25,936 bases of DNA, taken from positions 1-25,936 of the IMG/VR virus record IMGVR_UViG_2778261639_000014; one strand, written 5' to 3'. The notes under the pieces were generated by a model, which was not told the origin of the DNA, searched no databases, and saw only the letters and a list, made by a program, of their open reading frames with translations. Within the stretch, counting starts at the first letter, position 1. Each line of letters opens with the position of its first letter. Source of the DNA: a virus. Its lineage: Duplodnaviria > Heunggongvirae > Uroviricota > Caudoviricetes. Positions 16,824 to 25,761 of the stretch are shown piece by piece. The translations under genes were made by a program, and so were the position numbers.

Positions 16824-17867
16824 TTAACCTATTGCTACTGGTTTTAACAAACCAGCATCAAGTAGCTTGCGAGTTAACCACTGCTGGCCTTTACCCGTTA
16901 ATTGGGGCGTCAGCCGTATCTGGTAGCCATTTTCATCATCCAGCACCACTTCTTTCACCGTGAAATATCCGGCGTTGATGTACTGCTGGCGCGGTACGTT
17001 TTTGCGCGCACCAAAAGCCATGAGAATGCCGTTCTGGCGCAACCATGAGAAAAGGGCGTTTTGCTTAAGTCCAACGACCTTTGCAAAGTTCCCGATCAGG
17101 ATTCCATTAGCCGCTGATACCCGGTCGGCAAAATCGACTTTAGGGGCTGCGGCCACCAGCTGTTGTTCCAACTGCATTTTCTGTTCTGCCAACTCGGCAG
17201 CCAGGCGTAGAGCTTCTGGTAATGTTTGGGGGATCGATGGGGTAGGTGAGTTTGCCTGCTGCAATTCTTCCAGTTTGTCGATCAGCGAACGGCGGACCGC
17301 TTTCGATTCGCGCGCGGCGACTCGCAGGGCTTGTTTGTAGGTCATGGTTATGACCTCAAAAGAGCGCCCGGCCCTTGTGCCATGGGATTTTACGAAAGTT
17401 TCGTAAAATTCCCCATCAAGTTCATCCTTAATTCTATTGAGAAAATCGTTATTGCGGATCTCATTTTCCCTACATAGCTTGCGCGCATCATTAACCATCT
17501 TTAACAGCGTCTGGCTGTCGATTGTGTCTCCAGTGTTGGAGATAACATTCACAGCTGGTGATGGCGTAGCTGAAGCAACAGATGCTGGTTTTTTAACATT
17601 CAAATTATTACTGGTCATTCTATGTGCCTCCTTTCTCATTTCTGCTGCCACCGTTGCGTAACGTAGACGTCCTTGTTCAATCAAATAATCCCTGATCTCG
17701 GCTATCAGTAGCCTGTTGATCACAGCCTTATCTGTTCGGGTATAAAAACGCCTGGTTATCATGAAATAGTTGGCAATTGCGCCGGGGATCTCCCGTGTCG
17801 GCATACAGGCAGTATGCAGGGCGATCGCTTCGGCTATTTCATTACGGGTGACGAGAGGTTTTTTCAT
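16824..17867 (-). CDS. ant: Antirepressor (P1 Ant-like)
   Basis: 347 aa. Central Rha/AntA-like region and C-terminal antirepressor domain shared with KilA. Preceded by an overlapping 73-aa ORF and a C1 operator, as in the P1 immI operon. Confidence 0.8.
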   Translation of the reverse strand: MKKPLVTRNEIAEAIALHTACMPTREIPGAIANYFMITRRFYTRTDKAVINRLLIAEIRDYLIEQGRLRYATVAAEMRKEAHRMTSNNLNVKKPASVASATPSPAVNVISNTGDTIDSQTLLKMVNDARKLCRENEIRNNDFLNRIKDELDGEFYETFVKSHGTRAGRSFEVITMTYKQALRVAARESKAVRRSLIDKLEELQQANSPTPSIPQTLPEALRLAAELAEQKMQLEQQLVAAAPKVDFADRVSAANGILIGNFAKVVGLKQNALFSWLRQNGILMAFGARKNVPRQQYINAGYFTVKEVVLDDENGYQIRLTPQLTGKGQQWLTRKLLDAGLLKPVAIG

Positions 17868-18085
17868 AAAACCCCCTGAACGTCAGCAGAGAAGGGGAGG
17901 TTCCAGTAACTAAGTGAATTGCGCGAGTTAGTAGAAAAACGGGCAGTAAAAATGCAGGGGCCATCAGGCAATTGAGAGCGTGCTTCGTCTTCAGTTGCTG
18001 CGATAACGAAGTGATAGTGGTGTTTTTGGCAGGAGTAAAAGCGCCAGATAAATTCAGGATGAGTAGGGGTAGGGATAGTAGCCAC
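17864..18085 (-). CDS. icd: Icd-like small protein overlapping the ant start
   Basis: 73-aa ORF with GTG start and AGGAGG SD 9 nt upstream; its stop overlaps the ant start. Same size and arrangement as P1 icd as recalled. An alternative 81-aa frame (17842..18087) is also open. Confidence 0.5.
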   Translation of the reverse strand: MATIPTPTHPEFIWRFYSCQKHHYHFVIAATEDEARSQLPDGPCIFTARFSTNSRNSLSYWNLPFSADVQGVL

Positions 18086-18270
18086 AATGGCAGCCTCCTT
18101 TTGCTAATTTAAGGAGCTACCGCGTGAGGTTCCAATCTCAATGGCGGTAGCACTGACTGGGTTGGAACTACCGGCGCAAAAGGGAACCGGCCTGCCTTTC
18201 GGCAGCCCAGCCAGCACTACCATTGATCTCGGAGCTATGTGCTACGTATGGCTGTGCGATGGCATGACAC

Positions 18271-18410
18271 AAAAAAAGACGCTTTTGGCGTCTGTGTCGC
18301 CTTTTGCATTATCCGGGGTCTCAATCCCGGCACCCGTTTTAATGAGGTGCCTGATAAGCATAAACCGAAAATGCCTCAAGGCGCAAGAGGTCAGGCTCAA
18401 TGTAACATCG
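18271..18410 (-). ncRNA. c4-like antisense regulatory RNA region (immI leader)
   Basis: Between the operator/promoter at ~18415-18441 and icd: a T-arm-like stem-loop CCGGG-ATTGAGA-CCCGG (~18311-18336) and a GACGC-TTTTG-GCGTC hairpin followed by U7 on the minus strand (~18271-18292). Fits the position of P1 c4. Boundaries not determined. Confidence 0.3.
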
Positions 18411-18424
18411 GTAGTTAAAAAACA

Positions 18425-18441
18425 CAATTCATTAGAGCAAA
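18425..18441. promoter_or_regulatory. C1 operator-like site (P1 Op51-like) upstream of the immI-like module
   Basis: Core ATTAGAGCAA at 18431-18440 within a 17-mer with ~3 mismatches to the consensus. Lies 4 bp from the pacB stop codon. Confidence 0.6.
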
Positions 18442-18444
18442 TAT

Positions 18445-19929
18445 TCATTCATTAAGCCATGCCAGAGCTTCATCAACCTGCGCTTCGTCTTCGACGCTAA
18501 GCACTTCATCCTGGGGAACATAATCCGCCAGCATAGCGAAACAATATGTATCCCAATGGTCTGGTGAGTGCAGGTTGAGTTTTTTCTTCATATCCTCCTT
18601 ACTCATCACCTTCCATTGACCTGCGGAGTTAATCCCTACAGGGATTTTCGACGCTTCCTCAATAGTTTCATTACCCTTATCCAGTCTCATACGACCAGAT
18701 TTTACGGCCTCTGCGGCTTGAACATTGGCATAAGCACGTTTATCAAAGTACAGGCTCTTATCTTCACGGCTATGCATCTTTTTACCCCAGCGTATACGCT
18801 GTACGGTAATACCATAATACTCGTACATCAGATCCGCCGTTGCTTTACCCAGGCCATCGCCGTCTATCGCTATGGTGATATTGGGGAATCGCTCAGGATT
18901 ACATTCTGCGAAAATTTTGGCGGCAAGCTGCGTTTCTGTAACGTCTGTGTATTCCAGCATTCGATAGTTGATTACACGGCGTTTATTTCGCTGGCCGGAC
19001 ACCATCATGATATTGATAACGGACTTATCCCGTCCCGTACCACCAGCAACGTCCACACATGCAAGCCAGCCCCATCCTTTGGCAATCTTGACTTTCCGCC
19101 GCGTTGCACGTTCAACCTCATCACGTCCAAGAAGGAAGCCATCCTGTGATTTAGGGAATAGGCCGCGTACCTTAATCATGTACATAGGGTTATCACGCCC
19201 GCCGTACTCCGCCAGCTTCATTTTGATAAATGCTGGCGTTACCAACGGTGATTCCTCACTGTTAAGCGTGATCGCCGTATAAACGCCATCAGGGTTACCA
19301 GGACGCTTGGCCAGTTTATGGTGTGTATCGTAGAAATAGCCGCTTGGGCGTGTAGGCTGTGACAGCAATAAGATGCGGTTATCCTGTCCGGTAAGAGCAC
19401 CGGTGATGATACCGAAAGCTCTATCACTGACACCGGAGGCTTCATCGATAATATACAGAAGATGATCTGCGTGTTCACCGGCGAGAGCTTCTTCACTTCC
19501 CAGACGAAAGCCCTTCGGTACTACAGTCCATACACCTTTACCAGTAACCTCATAGAAAGCGGTTTCTGTCAGAACAAAATAATCAGCAAGCCATGGAAAA
19601 CGGCTGGTGGCAGTAGCCCAGTTTATCTTGATGTACTTGAATATACCGGTCATTACCTGCTGAATTTTGTTCGCAACGATAATGGCTCGGGCACCGGGAT
19701 ACATGATTATGAACAACATGATCATGATAGAAGTCATGTCTGATTTCCCGGTACCGTGACCAGACGAAACAGATGTCTTGCTACCCTGTTCCTGCACAGA
19801 CTCAATAATCAGATCCTGCTGCCAGGTAGGTGTTTTGCCGAACAAAACATCAGCGGCAGCAATCCAGTCATAACGATATAGCGCCACCAGCTCGCGCCAA
19901 CGTGGATCCGTTACGCAACTTCTGGCCAT
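18445..19929 (-). CDS. pacB: Terminase large subunit PacB
   Basis: 494 aa. Walker A GHGTGKS, Walker B-like [12 protein letters not shown]-terminal nuclease-like acidic region. Start overlaps the pacA stop. Confidence 0.9.
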   Translation of the reverse strand: MARSCVTDPRWRELVALYRYDWIAAADVLFGKTPTWQQDLIIESVQEQGSKTSVSSGHGTGKSDMTSIMIMLFIIMYPGARAIIVANKIQQVMTGIFKYIKINWATATSRFPWLADYFVLTETAFYEVTGKGVWTVVPKGFRLGSEEALAGEHADHLLYIIDEASGVSDRAFGIITGALTGQDNRILLLSQPTRPSGYFYDTHHKLAKRPGNPDGVYTAITLNSEESPLVTPAFIKMKLAEYGGRDNPMYMIKVRGLFPKSQDGFLLGRDEVERATRRKVKIAKGWGWLACVDVAGGTGRDKSVINIMMVSGQRNKRRVINYRMLEYTDVTETQLAAKIFAECNPERFPNITIAIDGDGLGKATADLMYEYYGITVQRIRWGKKMHSREDKSLYFDKRAYANVQAAEAVKSGRMRLDKGNETIEEASKIPVGINSAGQWKVMSKEDMKKKLNLHSPDHWDTYCFAMLADYVPQDEVLSVEDEAQVDEALAWLNE

Positions 19930-21122
19930 TAATCATCATCCCCGTATAGCTTGCGGGTAACTTCTTCGTCTTCCTCCTCGTCTTCGTCCAAGTCTTGTTC
20001 CAGCCATGGGTCGTTTGATACACCTTCAGTATCAACATCTCCATAACCGCCTGTATCAACGATATCGGCGATTTCTTCCCTACGCTGCTCAATCCACAAT
20101 GCGGCATCGGCGCGGCGGTTGGCGGCCCGTTCTCGCGCAACTTTGTCCAGATCTTCAAGAGAAGGGCCACCGACGGCTGTTTGCCTTTCCTCATCATCGG
20201 TATTGGTCTTAGGAGCACGCAGATCGGCTTTGATTTGCTCCAGCATCAGGGGCGGCACTTTTCCGCCATGCGCCTCGATGAATTCAGCTGCTTCCAGCAC
20301 TGACCAGTTATTTTCACGCTTTCGTTCGTATGCCAGCTTAACAATGCCAGCTTGCCCCATAGACAAAGCGTGCTTTTCCGCCTCCCGGCTTTCTTTTCGA
20401 TAGTTATTCCGGATGCTGTAAATGGTGTTGATCAGGCTGCTTATCTGCGCGGAACAGCTGTTTAGCATGCTCGCGATACGATATTCAGGCGGAGTCCCTT
20501 CATCATCGTCTTTTTGCTGATCGCGCATTTCCTGCACCAGACGAATACACGTATCCCTGGCGTTCTCCAGCATAAGGAGATGAGAGAGAGACTTTTCCAG
20601 AAGAGTGGTTTCCAGAACATCAGCCCCGGACCGACGCAACATAGCGCGCGCGGCCTTCCGCGCTTCAACGTTATCTATCAGGTAATCGCCAGCTTCGAAT
20701 TCAAAGCGTTCACCATCATCATCCAGGGTGTCGCGTTCCAGGCGATCACGTAAGGTCCGGTGGGCGCGGGTGATCACGTCATGATCATCAGAACGATCAT
20801 TTATGCGCTTATTCTGGCGCTTCGCGTTCTCGACTGCGGCACTGACAACAGCATTAACTCTTTGTTTTTCAGCCATTTCAGCCGCAATGTGATCACCTGC
20901 ATGTTGATCATTAGAGTGATCAATGATCATGCTTTTTAGTGGCTTCCTGACTGGCTTATTTGGCTTGCGGCTGTCCGCTGTCCTGGTGTCTTCTTTGAAG
21001 GCACGGAGATAACGACGTGCGGTATTAGGGTTAAGATTAAACTCGGCGGCATACTGTGCGATGGTGTAACCACCATCTCGCGCCAGGCGAGCAAAATTCT
21101 TCTTGTGATCGTCCCAGGTCAC
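19929..21122 (-). CDS. pacA: Terminase small subunit / pac-recognition protein PacA
   Basis: 397 aa with GTG start. Immediately upstream of pacB and contains the pac hexamer clusters. Acidic C terminus. Confidence 0.85.
   Translation of the reverse strand: MTWDDHKKNFARLARDGGYTIAQYAAEFNLNPNTARRYLRAFKEDTRTADSRKPNKPVRKPLKSMIIDHSNDQHAGDHIAAEMAEKQRVNAVVSAAVENAKRQNKRINDRSDDHDVITRAHRTLRDRLERDTLDDDGERFEFEAGDYLIDNVEARKAARAMLRRSGADVLETTLLEKSLSHLLMLENARDTCIRLVQEMRDQQKDDDEGTPPEYRIASMLNSCSAQISSLINTIYSIRNNYRKESREAEKHALSMGQAGIVKLAYERKRENNWSVLEAAEFIEAHGGKVPPLMLEQIKADLRAPKTNTDDEERQTAVGGPSLEDLDKVARERAANRRADAALWIEQRREEIADIVDTGGYGDVDTEGVSNDPWLEQDLDEDEEEDEEVTRKLYGDDD
20742..20930 (-). other. pac: Packaging site pac (TGATCA/G hexamer clusters)
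   Basis: Two clusters of GATC-containing hexamers inside pacA: ~20742-20798 (CGATCA, TGATCA x2, CGATCA) and ~20889-20928 (TGATCA x4), separated by ~90 bp. Matches the described P1 pac architecture of 4 + 3 hexamers flanking the cut region. Confidence 0.75.
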
Positions 21123-21207
21123 TTATGCTTCCTTTCGTAAAAACTCTTTTTGACGCGAGGGTAACGAAAGTCACATGTCAAAAGGCCCGGAACGGGCAAG
21201 CAATCAA

Positions 21208-21660
21208 TCAGATACGTGCGGATGTGGCATTACCGTAATGACGGTGCTGACGGGCCACCTTATTGAAAAGTTGACGCGCCATTACCCAAGGCTGGTGCTC
21301 CCGGCGTTCCTTTTCGTCCTGCGTCATATAGAGTTCGTTCTGGAGTTTTTCATCAAACCGGCGCGGCGCGCGGCTGCGGCGAAAGAATTCAGGATTCAGA
21401 GAGTGGATCTGAAATCTACGTGGGCGTGTACTGTCATCAATCAAAACAGACGAATACTTAGACACAGCGATAGCCTTTAAGCGCAGATAAACGTCGCGCT
21501 TATCGACATCCAGATGCGGGTATTCCTTTTCAAGGATTGCTGCGAGTTCTTTCGCTGATAGAAGAGATTTAGTGCGGATCATGTAATCCGCAATCTCGTA
21601 CGATGTTATTCGTGAGTGATTTATTTCCATGAAGTGGCGTCCCTGCCAGTTAAGTAACAT
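21208..21660 (-). CDS. lpa: Late promoter activator Lpa (putative)
   Basis: 150-aa basic protein ~70 bp downstream of a C1 operator and immediately upstream of pacA. Position and size fit P1 lpa. Alternative start at ATG 21630. Confidence 0.55.
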   Translation of the reverse strand: MLLNWQGRHFMEINHSRITSYEIADYMIRTKSLLSAKELAAILEKEYPHLDVDKRDVYLRLKAIAVSKYSSVLIDDSTRPRRFQIHSLNPEFFRRSRAPRRFDEKLQNELYMTQDEKERREHQPWVMARQLFNKVARQHRHYGNATSARI

Positions 21661-21730
21661 CCTGTCACCTACTGATTAGCCCATGTCAACTAATCAACGT
21701 GGAATATAATACCCTAGATTAAAGAAGTAG

Positions 21731-21747
21731 CAATACATTAGAGCAAT
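21731..21747. promoter_or_regulatory. C1 operator-like site upstream of lpa
   Basis: 17-mer with core TTAGAGCAAT (21738-21747). Adjacent to the stop codon of the upstream gene and ~70-85 bp from the lpa start. Confidence 0.55.
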
Positions 21748-21748
21748 T

Positions 21749-22792
21749 TTACCTAACGCTCGACGAGTGATTTGTGATAGCGCCGACTCCAAGCGCGTAA
21801 TCAAAGAACAATCGTTGATGCATCGCCAGCCTACCGTGCGTCTTCTCCCAATTATCGCGGTCACGCTCAATATCACGCTGGCATGACTGGCACAGAGGAA
21901 TTGCGTAAATGTCATGCGCGCATAATCGACTATGACGAACGATATAAGGCGTAATGTGAGCGCCAGCTCCCGCCGCTCCACACCCACAGCATGGACGGGA
22001 AGCAACAAAGTCCATGTACTCAGGTAATTTTAGCGATTGCAGTTTTGGTATTTTGAAATGCGCCATGCCAGGGTCGGAGTCAACATCCACAGGGCATACT
22101 TTTGCACGCATCGGCGCGGCGCGTTCTTCCATCATCTGGACATATGCTGTAGCGCGATCGTCATACGGGCGAATATCCGCCTCTTTCAGAGGTCCGCTAT
22201 CCTGCGTTGCGGCTTTCATCTTATTTATTGATATACGGTAAACTTCTTCCGGCATCAGGTGCATCATGTTGCGCATGAAAGCCCACCAGCACAGTTCCTG
22301 AATACTTAAATCATGGCCATCTGAAAGCCCCATTTCCTGACGGGCGACATCCAGTATCCAGTTAACGCGATTATTATGCAGCGTTTCTTTCAGCTCATTA
22401 AAACCACGCATCCGGTAATGGTTATCGTGATGCCAGCACAACAACACCGCGCTCTTGTCTCGTTCAGCGTGGACAATATGGTTGTCACACCAACTACGAT
22501 CTGCGGCCTGGCATTGCCCCTCTTTCCTGCGCAACCACGCCACCAGCGCGTCAATTCCACCAATACGGCGAAACAGTTCATCGCTATTAAAAAACGGCTG
22601 CAACGCCTCATTTGTTGCCATAGTTTGCTCGGAAACAACGAGGCCGTCGTCCATGTGCTCGATTAACTCACGCGGCACCGGCTCCATAATAAATTTACGG
22701 CCAGCCTCCACCAGCTTTCTGACTTCCTGATCCACTTTGAATGTGGCGACGCCAAGCTCTTTTTGTACAAAGGGAGTAATTACGGCTTTCAC
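21749..22792 (-). CDS. Cys-rich protein of unknown function (position of P1 pdcB)
   Basis: 347 aa. C-terminal cluster CCGCG...H...C.HD...PLCQSCQ suggests a zinc-binding or HNH-like element. No other motif recognised. Confidence 0.5.
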   Translation of the reverse strand: MKAVITPFVQKELGVATFKVDQEVRKLVEAGRKFIMEPVPRELIEHMDDGLVVSEQTMATNEALQPFFNSDELFRRIGGIDALVAWLRRKEGQCQAADRSWCDNHIVHAERDKSAVLLCWHHDNHYRMRGFNELKETLHNNRVNWILDVARQEMGLSDGHDLSIQELCWWAFMRNMMHLMPEEVYRISINKMKAATQDSGPLKEADIRPYDDRATAYVQMMEERAAPMRAKVCPVDVDSDPGMAHFKIPKLQSLKLPEYMDFVASRPCCGCGAAGAGAHITPYIVRHSRLCAHDIYAIPLCQSCQRDIERDRDNWEKTHGRLAMHQRLFFDYALGVGAITNHSSSVR

Positions 22793-22819
22793 ATCACACC
22801 TTTCATCACTGATTGGGCT

Positions 22820-22999
22820 TTATCTGCTGCCCGGCATTCTCTGTTTAAGCACAACCATTTCCTGACGGCATAACACAGCAATAGCGGTCCTGACACCAAC
22901 TTGCTTACCAACCAGGTATTGCTTTACCTCGCGGCGACTCACGCCATCAAGAAGCATCTTTAACGCTTCACGGGACAATTTGTTGTATTTGCGTGCCAT
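22820..22999 (-). CDS. Small basic protein, possible HTH regulator
   Basis: Track ORF 22820..23020; ATG at 22999 avoids overlap with doc. ~60 aa with a helix-turn-helix-like segment (LSREALKMLLDGVSRREVKQYL). Confidence 0.4.
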   Translation of the reverse strand: MARKYNKLSREALKMLLDGVSRREVKQYLVGKQVGVRTAIAVLCRQEMVVLKQRMPGSR

Positions 23000-23003
23000 T
23001 AAT

Positions 23004-23384
23004 CTACTCCGCAGAACCATACAATCTACGTAACGTGTCGGCGACAGAAGATACAGATATCTCGCCAGTCGCAGCGCCTACAGTAAGGTCTGCCAGTTCA
23101 GGTGAATCAAATACCTGCACCCCGTTACGGCGTAGAAATAGCAGCGCACTGTTTAGCGCGGTACGCTTATTGGCATCATTGAATATATGCCCTCTCGCTG
23201 TAGCCACCAGGTAGGTGGCGGAGACTTCGAAAAGGTCGGTGATCTCTTCGTAGGCAACTCTGGCCTGAACTCTCCCGATAATGGCCTCTGCCCTACCCGG
23301 ATCTGACATGCCAGGCAGGCCGCCGTAGCGGCTTATATTCGCATCATGAAGCGCAACAAGTTCTTCCGGTGATATATGTCTCAT
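23004..23384 (-). CDS. doc: Doc toxin (Fic/Doc family)
   Basis: 126 aa. Matches P1 Doc as recalled ([25 protein letters not shown]). Its ATG overlaps the phd stop as TAATG. Confidence 0.95.
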   Translation of the reverse strand: MRHISPEELVALHDANISRYGGLPGMSDPGRAEAIIGRVQARVAYEEITDLFEVSATYLVATARGHIFNDANKRTALNSALLFLRRNGVQVFDSPELADLTVGAATGEISVSSVADTLRRLYGSAE

Positions 23385-23605
23385 TATCGGTTAACCAGTT
23401 CCTTGTTGGTGGAGTCCAGGGTGTCAAACAGGGATGCAAATTCAGCATCCAGCGCCGCTTTTTTGTAGGCTTCGAAAGTAGCCTTGCTGACAATTACTGC
23501 TGGCTCACGGCCTCTGCGGGTGATTTCAACCTCTTCCCCGGCTTCAACATTGTTGAGCACTTCAGAAAGGTTGCCACGCGCGGTACGGAAGTTAATGGAT
23601 TGCAT
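23384..23605 (-). CDS. phd: Phd antitoxin
   Basis: 73 aa from ATG 23605 (track gives an upstream GTG at 23611). Matches P1 Phd as recalled ([39 protein letters not shown]). Confidence 0.95.
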   Translation of the reverse strand: MQSINFRTARGNLSEVLNNVEAGEEVEITRRGREPAVIVSKATFEAYKKAALDAEFASLFDTLDSTNKELVNR

Positions 23606-23610
23606 AAACA

Positions 23611-23640
23611 CCTCGTGTACTCGTTATGTGTACACAATTA
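23611..23640 (-). promoter_or_regulatory. phd-doc operator/promoter with GTGTAC-centred palindromes
   Basis: Perfect 10-bp palindrome TGTGTACACA (~23627-23636) and a second GTGTAC half-site (~23615-23620) just upstream of phd, next to a TATAAT-like -10 on the minus strand. Confidence 0.5.
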
Positions 23641-23677
23641 TAAACTTCACAGGCATAAAGCACCAGCACTTTGCAGC

Positions 23678-24067
23678 TTAAATAACCGGACAATCATCAA
23701 ATTCCCCACTTCGGGCATCATTGATGACATGAGTGATCACACCAAAAACAGCATTACTGCCCGTGTATCCATCGTCATCTACTGGTAACGCCTCTTTCTT
23801 CCCGGTGCTTAAGTCCTCCAGGTGCTGGCGCGGATACTTCCTGTATCTCTTTATGCGATATTCACCCTCCATAGCGCACACAAGCAGAGAACCATCAACC
23901 GGAGTAAGCGAGGAATCAACCACCAGCAAAGCACCCTGCAATATTCCCTCACGGTGATGGCTATCAGCTGCCCGCATGAAGTAGGTCGCTGAAGGATGTC
24001 TAATTATCTGCTGATCAAGAGAAATTCGGCTTTCAACATAATCCGCCGCAGGAGAAGGGAAGCCCAT
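23678..24067 (-). CDS. humD: HumD (UmuD'-like S24 peptidase-fold protein)
   Basis: 129 aa. Resembles UmuD lacking the N-terminal arm (GFPSPAADY...). Preceded by a LexA box. Confidence 0.85.
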   Translation of the reverse strand: MGFPSPAADYVESRISLDQQIIRHPSATYFMRAADSHHREGILQGALLVVDSSLTPVDGSLLVCAMEGEYRIKRYRKYPRQHLEDLSTGKKEALPVDDDGYTGSNAVFGVITHVINDARSGEFDDCPVI

Positions 24068-24085
24068 AGCGTTTTACCTCAATGA

Positions 24086-24105
24086 TACTGTTTATTCATA
24101 CAGTA
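24086..24105. promoter_or_regulatory. LexA (SOS) box upstream of humD
   Basis: TACTGTTTATTCATACAGTA is a perfect CTGT-N8-ACAG SOS box, 19-38 nt upstream of the humD start codon. Confidence 0.8.
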
Positions 24106-24190
24106 TACATTGAAAAGGCATAGTTTGTGAAAGCGGGGTTTGTAGGCGCGCCACGCTGGGGGCTAATCACATTTCTCCCCCATCTTGCCG

Positions 24191-24442
24191 TTATTTTTTT
24201 GGTGCATCCTCGTTCTGATACACCGGATCGCTCCCTTTTGGCAACTGGAGGCTTAACTGCCGGTAGTGCCGTAGCCGTTCCATGAAATAGGCGCGCAGGT
24301 TTTCCGGTTGCTCACGGGCCACCTGCTCTGCAATCACAGGTATATTCAGCCGTTCTTTGTAAGCAACGCCGCTGGCGGCAAGGTCTACGTTCACCTTGTC
24401 TCGCTCTTCCTGGCTTTTAGCTGCTATATTTCGATCTGACAC
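24191..24442 (-). CDS. hot: Hot (homolog of Pol III theta subunit HolE)
   Basis: 83 aa, GTG start with GGAGG SD. Similar to E. coli HolE as recalled ([33 protein letters not shown]). Confidence 0.85.
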   Translation of the reverse strand: MSDRNIAAKSQEERDKVNVDLAASGVAYKERLNIPVIAEQVAREQPENLRAYFMERLRHYRQLSLQLPKGSDPVYQNEDAPKK

Positions 24443-24474
24443 AAGAAACCTCCAGGAGTTAGTGGATCAGGCAC

Positions 24475-24825
24475 ATGCACAATAACGTTCTCAATGTTAG
24501 CCGTTCAATTCAGACAATCAGAGACTGCACCAGTGTGGTGGCATCAATCCCATTGCGGAACAGCATAGACGAACTGCAAATTCGTGTATTGAATCCGAAT
24601 CAGGCTAATAAGCAATTGCGCTTTATTTTGACGCTGAAAAGTGAAACAGAGGGGATAAAGCACAGCGTAAAAGTGTTTTCTGAGGCCATTCTGCTTAATG
24701 GGAAGCTCCGGCATCTGGTAAGGCCAGAACGTCAATATCCTGACGTCCTGGCGCGTGAAAAAGACCTTCTTTCTGAAGTTCAGGATAGGGTGATCGATTT
24801 CGTCAAATGCTATCCCCTGCATTGA
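24475..24825 (+). CDS. Hypothetical protein divergent from hot (position of P1 uhr)
   Basis: 116-aa ORF 32 bp from the hot start on the opposite strand. No recognisable domain. Confidence 0.45.
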   Translation: MHNNVLNVSRSIQTIRDCTSVVASIPLRNSIDELQIRVLNPNQANKQLRFILTLKSETEGIKHSVKVFSEAILLNGKLRHLVRPERQYPDVLAREKDLLSEVQDRVIDFVKCYPLH

Positions 24826-25094
24826 GGGCAGGTGTTCCCTTCCGCAAAGTAGGGAAAATTGCTATCAAGTTCATCACACCATCTGCGATGGTCGTAGCAC
24901 CAAAACGCCTCCCACGGTGCACGGAAATACTTCATCCACCAGGACACTCGATCAGGTATATCTTCTGGTGGCAGTTCTTCTGGCAATAATTTGCCTGATA
25001 ATTCCCTTTCCGCCCGCGACAGCATTTTTTTGAGGCTCGCGTTCTCTTTTTCAAGCTCATCTACGCGCACCTGTAATTCAGCTTTCGTTGGCAT
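24810..25094 (-). CDS. Hypothetical coiled-coil protein with C-terminal Cys/His cluster
   Basis: Track ORF 24810..25175; ATG 25094 preceded by GAGGTGG, giving ~94 aa. Coiled-coil-like N terminus and C-terminal W.YDHRRWC...CPQC. Start lies 13 nt after the stop of the upstream gene. Confidence 0.4.
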   Translation of the reverse strand: MPTKAELQVRVDELEKENASLKKMLSRAERELSGKLLPEELPPEDIPDRVSWWMKYFRAPWEAFWCYDHRRWCDELDSNFPYFAEGNTCPQCRG

Positions 25095-25761
25095 GGTCCA
25101 CCTCATGCTTTTCAGCCACCAGCGGCAATAAAGCCCTGGCCATCTTATGAACCAATAGTGCATCAATAATGCCAAGCGTATGCCCCGGCTTAATGTTTAA
25201 TGCCGCCTCAAGGTGACACCTTTCCAAGCCACTTTTCTCGGCTTGTTTATGATGATCTGGTGTAATAACGTCGCCCAAAACACGGCTAATTCTTTCTCGT
25301 AATTGCTGGGTGCCAGCACACTTGATCGCTGTATCGTGGAGACGGTTAACCAGTTCGCGATAAACATGCGGCTTAATGCGGATACGTTCACCGGTGACGC
25401 CCTTTCCTGGCGCTGGCACCGAACTATCCGGATAGTTGCCAGCCTCGTAAGCTACCCGCAGCCAGTGCATGAATGTTTCAGTGGACACACAACCACAGTC
25501 CACATCGATTTTTCCGCGTTGCTGTTCCAGCCATTGCCCAAAATCCAACCTGTAAGTCTTACTTTCAAGTTCATCACCATTGAACTCGACTTTCTGCGAC
25601 GCTATGAGAGCTGATTCGTATTGTTCGCGAGTGACAACTGACTGGTATTCATCGCTATCAAGGTCACCAATTGGAAGCTCAATCTCACAACAAAAATTGC
25701 GCCCAAAGAAAGTGTCTTTTTTGTGGTCTGAGCCAAAAGCAAAAGTCGCGCATGGTGCCAT
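25078..25761 (-). CDS. Hypothetical protein
   Basis: 227-aa ORF convergent with the uhr-like gene. Contains several Cys/His pairs (CGC, HHKQAEKSGLERCH). No domain recognised. Its upstream region runs to the window edge. Confidence 0.5.
   Translation of the reverse strand: MAPCATFAFGSDHKKDTFFGRNFCCEIELPIGDLDSDEYQSVVTREQYESALIASQKVEFNGDELESKTYRLDFGQWLEQQRGKIDVDCGCVSTETFMHWLRVAYEAGNYPDSSVPAPGKGVTGERIRIKPHVYRELVNRLHDTAIKCAGTQQLRERISRVLGDVITPDHHKQAEKSGLERCHLEAALNIKPGHTLGIIDALLVHKMARALLPLVAEKHEVDHANES

Noticed and set aside
17842-18087. 81-aa minus-strand ORF overlapping the icd-like ORF in another frame
   Set aside because: It has a TTG start and no better SD than the 73-aa frame, whose AGGAGG SD and stop/start overlap with ant match the known icd-ant arrangement. 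Only one of the two is likely translated.
18311-18336. tRNA gene suggested by a T-arm-like stem-loop (P1 encodes tRNAs)
   Set aside because: Only one arm is present; I could not build a full cloverleaf with acceptor and anticodon stems. It fits better as the RNase P recognition element of a c4-type RNA.
21123-21207. Second late promoter upstream of pacA resembling the box at 8338-8368
   Set aside because: GTGACTTTC is present on the minus strand but the partner half of the inverted repeat and a properly spaced -10 are not convincing. Left uncalled.
21175-21480. 101-aa + strand ORF overlapping lpa and the pacA upstream region
   Set aside because: It is antisense to lpa and crosses the pacA leader, with no SD or promoter. 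Treated as spurious.
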